Shown: in pieces, positions 49,432-64,000 of the stretch
How positions within the stretch are numbered: the stretch's first letter is position 1
Layout of the letters: the number at the start of each line of letters is the position of its first letter
DNA from: Scenedesmus sp. PABB004
Taxonomy: Eukaryota
Length of the DNA stretch: 64,000 nt
Assembly (NCBI GenBank): GCA_014905635.1
Contig: JABVCE010000021.1
Coordinates: 62,001-126,000 of the forward strand
Reading direction: 5' to 3'
The notes under the pieces: generated by a model
The model's database searches: none
Seen by the model: only the letters and a program-made list of their open reading frames with translations
Told to the model about the DNA's origin: nothing
Translations under genes and position numbers: made by a program

Positions 49432-51926
49432 GCCGGCGGCGCCGGCGCAGCGCGACCCTGCGCGGCCGCTGCGGCCGCCAGGTAGCCGCGCGCGGCCGCC
49501 AGGTAGCCGCGCGCGGCCGCCAGGTAGCCGCGCGCGGCCGCCAGTCGGGCGCCGCAGTCGCCCAGCAGACGCGCGCCCTGGTCGCGCGCGGCGCGCGCGG
49601 CGTCCGCCGCGCGGCGGGCCGCGTCCGCGTCAGGCGCCGCCGCCGCGCCGTGCGGTCGCGCGAGCCGCCGCTGGTGCTGCACGAGCGCCGCGTCGCGCTC
49701 GTGGTGCTGCACCACGGCAGCCTGCCACTCCGCCTCCACGGCTGCGAGGTCGGCCTCCACCGTCGCGTCGCCGGCGGCGGTCAGCGCGGCCAGCGCCAGC
49801 CGCAGCCGCTCCGCGGCCGCGGCCGGCAGCGCCGCGCCCGGCCCCTGGCCCGGTGCCGCGCCCGGGCCCTGGCCCGGCGCCGCGCCCGGCGCGGCGCCTT
49901 GCCCCCGGGCGCGGAGCAGCCGCGCCTCCGCGACGGCCAGCCGGCGCCGGAGCGCCGCCGCGTGCGCGTCCTTGCGCTGCAGGCGGCGCAGCCGGTTGCG
50001 CGCGTGGTCGGGCGGGCCCGTCATACCTCCCTGGACCGCAGCGCGGCTGGCGACCTCCCGCTGCAGGTCCTTGAGGGGTTCCTTGCGCAGACGCACGGCC
50101 GCCTCGCTGGCATCCACGGCGGCGCGCAGGCGCTGCACCGCCGCCTCGAGCTTGCCCAGCTCGCGCGCCCGCTGCAGCTCGCGCAGGCGCGGCTCCTGGG
50201 CGCTGGCGTCCAGCAGCTTGGGGGGCGCCGGCGGACGCTGGCCGCGGCTGCGGCTGCTGCTGCTGCCGCTGCCGCTGCCGCTGCGCCCGCTGCTGCCGTC
50301 CAGCGCCTCTGCCAGCGACTCGACGGCCGCCGCGAGCGCGCCGGCCGACGCGGGCTCCGGGGCCGCCCCGAGCGACGCGGCGCGGCGCAGCATCGCCTCC
50401 AGCGCCGGCCGCGCCGCCGCGCCCTGCTGGGCTGCCAGCGAGTCCGCGAGCCGCGGCGCGCAGGCAGCAAACATGTGCTGTTGGCCGAGCATGACGACAA
50501 AGTCGCGCGCGACGCGGCGCGCCATGGCGTCGGCGTCGCCCTCCCGGTACGCCAGGCCCTCGAGCTGCCGGGCCAGCGCCGCGCGCCAGGCGTCGTAGGC
50601 CGCGTCGTGCTGCTGCCGCGCCGCCGCGCCCGCGCCGTGCGCCAGCGGCTCCGGCGGCTGCGGCACGAGCGGCGCGCCCCCTGCCTGCGCGCCCGCGTCC
50701 GGCGCGCGCGGCATGCCGCTCCGCGCCCAGTCGAGCACGCGGCCGTGCTTGCCGGCCGCCTCGTCCGACTCCCAGCGCTGCAGGCCGGGCGTCGCCTGCG
50801 CCCCTGCCGCCTGGCGCGTGCGCGCCGCGCCGGCCGCGGGCGCGCGCGCCTCGCCGTCCGCCGCCGCCGGGAAGGGCTGCTCCAGGTGCAGGCGCATCCG
50901 CGCGAGCATGTCGCGCATCATCGCCATGGCCAGCCGCAGCCGGCCGGCGTCCTGGCCGTCGCCCGCCGCTGCGGGCACCACGCCCTCGCCCGGCTGCAGC
51001 ACGCCCTGGCGCTCCCAGAGCAGCGGCGACGCGCTGTACAGCAGCGCCGCGCCGCCGGCGATGAGGCAGTCGCGCGCGGCGCGGCTGGGCGTGCCGGCGC
51101 AGCCCGCGGCAAACCACGCCTGCAGGGCGGCGGCGTCGAGCGCCTTCTCCAGGCGCTCGCCGTCGGCGAGGTGGAGCTGCAGGTTGGTGTTGTACAGCTC
51201 CGCGAGAGGGTTGACGAGGTCGTGGTGCAGGCGGCCTGTGACCCAGGCCGGCAGGGGCACGCGCTGCAGCTCGTTGACGCCGCAGGCCTGCTCCAGCGCG
51301 TGGCGCAGGTCACTGGACAGGCCGCCGCCAACGCGCCGCCAGTTGCCCTGGCTAAAAAAGTTCATCAGGTCGTACACGAGCGGCGCGCCGCCGCACGCGG
51401 CCTGCAGGTAGCAGGCGCACGCGGGCGGCGGCGGCGCCGGCTGCTGGGCCTGCTGCGCTGCAGGCGGGGGCTGGGGCTGCTGCGGGCCCTGCTCCTGCGC
51501 CGCCGGCTGCGGCGGCGGCTGGCGCGTGTCCAGCCCGTACAGCCGGCTGCGCAGCGGGCGGGCGGGCGGGCGGGCGGCGCGACTCGGCGGGCGGCGCGGA
51601 GGAGGGGGCGCAAAGCGCGCGGGCGCGCCCCACCCGCGCGCGCGCGCACCTCGCCCCATACACGAGCGCCACGTGGTGCGCGTCGCGGCCGAGGATGCCC
51701 AGCCGGCTGTAGGCGCACACGAGCGCCTCGAGGTAGGGGACCACCTCTGGCTTGCGCACGGCGCCGCGCAGCGCGCAGACGCGCACGCCTGAGGCGGGCG
51801 GGCGGGCGGGCGGGCGAGGGCAGGTGAGGGGGGCGCGGGCAGGGCGCGGGGCGGCGGCGGCGCAGGGTGCCGAGAGAGCGGCCCGGCGGCCCGGCAGCGC
51901 GCCGCGCGGCGGGCACACTCACGCAT
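47550..51926 (-). CDS. Fanzor: Fanzor (Fanzor1-like) eukaryotic TnpB/Cas12-family RNA-guided endonuclease, ~1380 aa, 2 introns
   Basis: FTLAPVPK...HLHLST; WDSYFDF...FAGSVTFD; RuvC-I IVGIDPG; LGIGDAS...GPGPP; RuvC-II LMDEHRTSITCSVC; VQCPGC; RuvC-III RDDNAARNI. Exons 51923-51926, 51650-51788 and 47550-51546, with three 1-nt homopolymer losses restored. Confidence 0.92.
49471..49542. repeat. 21-bp tandem repeat (~3 copies) encoding LAAARGY inside Fanzor
   Basis: gcggccgccaggtagccgcgc repeated in tandem. Confidence 0.9.
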
Positions 51927-52169
51927 GCCAGAGCCGGCCGCTGCCTTTTTGGCCTGCTCGGTCTGTTGTTTCCTGCGCTTGGCGAAGTGCCGCGGCAGCG
52001 CCTGCTGCTGCCGCCGCCCTGCCTTGTCGCCTGCCTCGGCCGCCGCTGCACCGCGCGCGGGCGAGCCGCGCCCCGACGCCTCGTCGGCGCCGCGCGAGCG
52101 CGCGCGGCGGCCGCGCGGCGCCGCCGCCGCGCCGCCGCGCGAGCGCGCGCGGCCGCCGCCGCGGCCGCG

Positions 52170-52686
52170 TCACATGTCTGGGATGGCGTCGAGGCTGTAG
52201 CCCGGCACGCCCTTCCAGGCCAGGACCGCGATGCGGGTGTGGTACGCGCCCGGCACAAAGCAGATGCTCCCCAGCACCAGCAGCGCCGTGGCTGACCGAG
52301 CGGCAGCGCGGGGGGCGGGGGGCGGGTGCGGCCAGGTGAGCGGAGCGTGCCGCAGCTGCCCCCGCAGCCGCTGCCGCTGCCGCTGCCACGCCTCGCGCCA
52401 CACGGCCGGCGGCGGTGGAGCGGCGGCCGCGCTCCGCGGCCGCGCCGGGCGGCGCGGGCCGCCGCCAGCGCACGGCAGGCCGCCGCGCCGCACCTGCGCC
52501 GCCCTCGGGCCCTCCCGTGTACCAGAGGCTGATGCCCGTGATCAGCATGACCGTGCCCAGCGCGCACAGCCCGACGGCGAGCGCGACCTTGCGCCACGGC
52601 CGCGCGCGCTCAAACAGCGCCGCATCCTCGCTCCAGCTCGTCGGTGCGCGGTAATCTAGCAGCCGGCCCGCGCCAGGGGCGGCCAT
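52170..52686 (-). CDS. TMEM230: TMEM230/TMEM134-like (DUF872) small membrane protein
   Basis: PWRKVALAVGLCALGTVMLITG...LLVLGSICFVPGAYHTRIAVLAWKGVPGYSLDAIPDM; one GT-AG intron. Confidence 0.9.
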
Positions 52687-53272
52687 GCGCGCCCCGGGAG
52701 CACCGACAGGGCGGGGCCGGGGCGCCACGGCGGCGGCGGAGGGCGGCGAGCAGCAGCGGCGCGGCGGACGAGGCGCCCGGGGCTGGACGGCGGGCGCTGC
52801 AGCGCTGGAGCTGTTCTCTGGACCCGAGAGAGCGCGAGGACGACGGGGCCCTGCGGCCCGCTGCTCGAGCCAGCGGCGGCGGCGCGTGCGACCTCCGTTG
52901 CTGGGCGGCGGTGCTGCTCGCTCCGGGCTGGTTTGTTCCGGGGGGCTGCGACTGCGGCCGTGCGTGGTCGGCGGTCCAGGAACGTAACACGGCAGCACCG
53001 TCGCCGCCCAAACCGCGAAGCGCGGCGCTCGCCCCGCCACCTCGGCGGCGCCGCCGCCGTGCCCACACTCCCCAGCCGCCCCACCCGGCCACCCCCTGAG
53101 CCCGACCCGCCAAGGTGCGCGCGGCGGCGCTCGCGCGCGGCGGCAGCTTCCCCGCGCCGGCGGCGCGCGCGCGGGCGCCCCAGCAGCAGGCCCTTGCGTG
53201 GGCGCGCATGCCCTGACGCTCGCTCGCCCGCGCGCCCGGGCCGCCGCCGCAGGCGCCATCCCGCAGCGCAGC

Positions 53273-53712
53273 ATGGCCCCCACCACCCGCGCCCTGGCGG
53301 CGCTGCTGCTGGCCTCCATGCTCGCCGCCGCCGCGAGCGCCGCGCCGCTCACCTGCTCGTCCGCCAAGGCCCTCGGCGGCGGCGGCTGCGACGCCCTTTG
53401 TTCGTGCGTTTCGAAGTCGCCAGAGGTGAGGCGCGACTCTCTCAGCGGCCCCCCGCAGCGGACGCCGGCGCGGCCGAGGCGCCCGTCGAGCGCGGCCGCA
53501 AACGGCGCGCCGCCGCCGCCGCCACGCAGTACGCCAACTCGGGGCGCGCGCTGTCCGAGTGCACAGACCCGTGCGCCGCCTGCGCCGCGGCGACCGCGTC
53601 CTGCCCGGCCGACGACTCGCTGCCCGAGGCCTGCGCCAAGTACGCCGGCGACGCGGCTGTGCAGACGTGCGTCAGCGGCGCCCCGGGCGCGGGCCGGCGC
53701 CGCCTGGCGTGA
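53273..53712 (+). CDS. Small secreted cysteine-rich protein (111 aa, 10 Cys)
   Basis: Signal peptide MAPTTRALAALLLASMLAAAASA; exons 53273-53425 and 53530-53712 join in frame. Confidence 0.75.
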
Positions 53713-54100
53713 GCAGCGACGGCAGCCGCGGTCTGAGCGCGGGTGGCTGCCCACAAGGAGTCGCCGGCGCCTGCGCCGCGCGGCCGCGCGCGCGCGCGCC
53801 GGATCCTTTGTAGTGCGCCGGCGGCCGCCCGCCGTGTGCTGAAGTTGAACTTCGCAAGTTGCGGTGCACGCGCCAGGGCTCAGCAGCGGCTGGATCGCCA
53901 GTTGCTGCCACCGCCGGTGACGCGCACGGCCGGAGCCCCGCAGCGCACCGCGCTCAGCCCGCCAGCCGCGCAAGTGGCGAGAGCGCGCGCACTGCCGCCG
54001 GCCAGCCGCCAGCCGCCGCGCTGCCGCCGCCGCCGCAACATCGCACTCGCGCCGGTCGCGCTGGCGCTCGGCGCGGGCCCGGCCCGCGCGGCGCTCGCAG

Positions 54101-60377
<6,277 letters not shown>

Positions 60378-60880
60378 CGGCCACGGCAGTGCCTGGGCCC
60401 TGGGTAGAAAGGGTACAGGGTTCAGGACGGCACCCCGCGCCGTCGCAGCGCGGCGCGCTGCAACGACCGCAGCGGCCGCCCGCGGGCGCGGCGGCGGCGC
60501 GCTGCGTCAACGCACGCGCCGGCCCGGGGCGGCGTCGGGCAAGGGGTGATCCAACGAGCGCACGTCCATGGCGGTGGGAGGGGGGGGGGAACATAACGCC
60601 GGCGGCCGGCAACGCGCCGGGGTCGCCCAGGCTTTTGTGCGACGCGCGCTGTGGGGGCATCACTTCTCGGTCGGCTGCACGCCGTCGCCACGCGCCGTGC
60701 GTGCGCCGCCGGGCCTGTATTAGAGATCAGGGGCTTTCGTCAGGTGATGGAACGGACGGCGACGGAAACGGACGGTCGCGCGGGGCTCTCTGCGGCCCGA
60801 ACCACACGCTGCGCTGGTGCCGGTGGCCCTGCCGCGCCGCCGCCGCCGCCCGCCCACACACCGTCTCCACGCCCGGCGCG

Positions 60881-63826
60881 ATGGCGGACCTCGGCGCCGC
60901 CCAGGGCGGCGGCGCGCGCCGCTTCCTCGTGCGCAGCAACGCGGCGGCGCCGCCGGCGCAGCTCACGCTCAGCGGGCACGAGCGCCTGGAGGCGCTGCTG
61001 GGTGAGACTGTGACCGCGCGAGTCCGGACCGCGCCGACGGACCGCCGCGCTGGGCGGGCGAGCGCCCGGGGCGGCCCCGGCGGCGGCGCGGCCGCCATCC
61101 AGCAGCCGCCGTCTCGCAGCGCCGACGGCTGCGCCCCGCCGCGCCGCACGCAGATGGCGTCAAGGGCGTGGTCGCGCACGGGCTGGGCCGCGGCGCCAAG
61201 CTGGCGCGGCTGCTGACGTGCGAGCGGCTGTGGCTGCTCCTGCCCGGCGGCCCGGTGCTGCTGCCGATGCAGCAGAGCGCCACGCTCGCGGGTGCGCGCC
61301 CGCGGCCGCGGTCGCCGCCGCCGCTGCCGCCCCCACCGCCGCTGCCGCCGCTGCCGCCGCCGGCGCAGCGACGGCAGCCGCGCGCGCTCTGCCGCTGTGC
61401 GCCGGCCGACGCCGCCGCCGACGCACGCGGCGCCGCAGACCTCTTCCCCGCCGCGCCCTACCACGAGCTGCTGGCCGAGGTGTCCTCCGCGGTGCGCAAG
61501 GGCCTCACGCCCAGCGCCGCGGCGCCACGCGCCCCCGAGGCCGCACCGCTGCTCTCGCCGGCCGCCGGCAGCGTCGCGGGCGTGCTCACGCCCGTCGCCA
61601 TCAGCAGCCAGGCGGCCGCGGCGGCGGCCGGCCTGCCAGCGGCCGCGCTGCCGGCGCCGGGCGGCCGGCGCAAGGCGCGGCGCCGTGCGCGCCGCTGCGA
61701 GGGCTCGAGCGACGACGAGGCGCCGGGGCTGGGGCTGCAGGACCAGCCGGGCGCCGACAGGAAGCGCCAGCGCGAGGGCAGCAACGACGTGGTGCCCCAG
61801 GACGGCGCCGACACGGGCGTCGGCGGCGCCGACGCGGCGGCCGAGGCGCATGGGCAGCAGCGCAAGCGGCGGAGGAAGCAGGCAGGGAGCGAGCCGGGCG
61901 GCGCGGCGGAGGGCGCCCAGCCCGAGCGCGCGGGGCCGCGCCCGAGCCGGAGCAGCTGCCGCAGGCGCCGGAGGCGGCATCGCCCGGCGGCGAGCGGCGG
62001 CTCAAGAAGCAGCGCAAGCGCCTGGCGCAGGCCGGCCAGGACGAGGGCCCCGAGCCGCAGGAGCCGGCGGCGGCGCAGGACGCCGAGCCGCCCCCGGCGT
62101 CGCCGCAGCAGCTCACCAAGGCGCAGCGACGGCGGCTGGCAGCCTCGCAGCAGGCGCAGGACGAGGCCGCGGCGGTGGGCGAGCAGCCGCCGGCCGCGCA
62201 GCCCGGTGCGGCGGCTGCGGGCGGGCACGAGGACGAGCCGGCCGGGCAGCAGCAGGGCCAGCTGAGCAAGAAGCAGCGCAGAGCGCTCGAGCGCGAGCTG
62301 GGGGCGTCGCAGCAGCAGCCCGACGAGGCCGCGGTGGGCATGGAGCCGCCCGCCGCGCAGCAGCCGGCCGCGGACGCGCCGCCCAGCGAGCAGCCAGAGC
62401 AGCAGCTCACCAGGCGGCAGCGCGCGCAGCAGGCGGCGTCGCAGGCGGCGGAGGCCGACGAGCTGGTGCCGGCGCAGCAGGTGGAAGAGGCGGACGCGCG
62501 TGAGGCAATGGCGGCCGCCGACGAGCTGGTGCGGCAGCTCACGCAAGCGACGTCGTCGGGGACCACGAGCGGCACGGCGGGCGACGGTGCCACGCCGGCG
62601 TCCAACGCGGCGCCGCCCGAGGCCGCCGCTGAGCGCGCGGCGGCCGCGCTGGCGGGGCAGGGGGCCATGGCCAACCTGCTGGCAGCGGCCGCGGCGGACG
62701 GCGATGAGGCGCCCCCGCTGGAGCGGGCGCTGGAGCCGGAGCTCGGCGCGGCAGTGGGCACGCCGGCCGGCAGCGACGCAGCGGCCGCGGCTGGCACGGC
62801 GCAGCAGGCCAGCGAGGAGCAGCCGGCCAGCGCAGGCGGCTCGCCTGGGGGCATTCGGGGCAGCGGCAGCGGCCGCGATGGCAGCGGCGGCAGCAAGAGC
62901 GTTAGGAGCAGCGACGACAGCAGCAGCAGCAGCAGCAGCAGCAGTGACAGCAACAGCAGTGGCCGCACCAGCAGCAGCAGCGATGACGACGCCAGCAGCA
63001 GCCCCCACAGCGGCAGCGGCGGCGGCGACGCGGCCGACGGCGCTGCCGACTCGGCGGCTGCTGCGGCCGACGCCACCAGCCCCAGCGGCGCAGACGACGC
63101 CGCGGCGGGCGACGCAGCTGCCGCGCAGGAGGGCGGCGCGGATGCCACGCCTGCCGCAGAGGGCGGCGACGGCGCGGCGGGCAGGGGCAGCCAGAAGAGC
63201 AGCAGCGGCGACGACACCACTGACAGCAGCAGCGACGACGACAGCAGCAGCAGCAGCAGGAGCAGCAGCAGCAGCGACGACAGCAGCGAGGGCGGCGGGG
63301 GGTCCGGCGGCGCCGGCAGCGCCGGCGGTCGCAGCGGCGGCGGTGCAGAGGATGGTGCCGCATCCGGTGGATCCGGCAGCGACGCCTCCGGCAGCGACGC
63401 CTCTGGCGGCGACGGCTCCAGCAGCGACGGCTCCGGCAGCGACGGCTCGAGCGGCGCCGACTCTGACGCAAACGCATCTGACTCCGAGCCGGGCTCGGGC
63501 AGCGGCGGCGGCGACGAGCCACCCAGCAGCCCCAAGGACCTGCATACGCTGCTCGGCAGCCTGTGGCAGGCGCGGAAGGACGAGTGGACGGCCAAGAGCG
63601 GCCTCCGCCCCGGCCGCGCCGTGTCTGGTGGCCGCCGCGACGACGACGACGACGACGACGAGGCGGAGGCCGAGGCCGGGGGGGAGGCGGAGACGGGGGC
63701 GGGGGCGGATGCGGGGGCGGGGGCGGAGGAGCGCGGCGCCGGCGGCGACGGGCGCGAGGCGCGCAAGGCCGGTGGCGGCTTTGGCCCGCTCGGGCTGAGC
63801 CGCGAGGACGACGCCGCGATCAACGG
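60881..63826 (+). CDS. Hypothetical acidic/Ser-rich nuclear-type protein; continues beyond the window
   Basis: ATG 60881; globular-looking N-terminus (RRFLVRS, LTCERLWLLLPGG); basic clusters RKRQRE and RKRRRKQ; long S/D-rich tract; RG-rich segment; GTGAG donor near 63826. Confidence 0.55.
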
Positions 63827-63897
63827 TGAGCCAGCGGCGCTGCGCGGGTGCGCGGCGGCACACGGCACGCGCGCGCCCCCGCTCCCCCCCCCCTCCC

Positions 63898-64000
<103 letters not shown>

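Overview
Extremely GC-rich, intron-dense eukaryotic DNA. Gene content (VIPP/PspA, RETICULATA-like, DnaJ-ferredoxin, ABC1 kinase, RR-TZF zinc finger) and a TGTAA poly(A) signal point to a chlorophyte green-algal nuclear genome. Most raw ORFs in the track are GC-bias artefacts, so I rebuilt about 19 spliced genes by hand. The standout is a large intron-containing Fanzor (eukaryotic TnpB/Cas12-like RNA-guided nuclease) on the minus strand at ~47550-51926. It has an intact RuvC D/E/D triad and zinc finger, is followed by a hairpin-rich segment that is a candidate omegaRNA, has no neighbouring transposase, and starts 243 bp downstream of, and in frame with, the stop codon of a TMEM230-like gene. 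Other notable items: a ~490-bp inverted repeat bracketing the DnaJ-ferredoxin gene; a Cys-less pentameric ligand-gated ion channel with duplicated N-terminal exons and a 3-nt micro-exon; a solitary three-intron histone H4; frequent GC-AG introns. Single-base losses in G/C homopolymers also break conserved host genes, so apparent frameshifts are probably assembly errors. Gene boundaries are manual estimates; no database searches were run.
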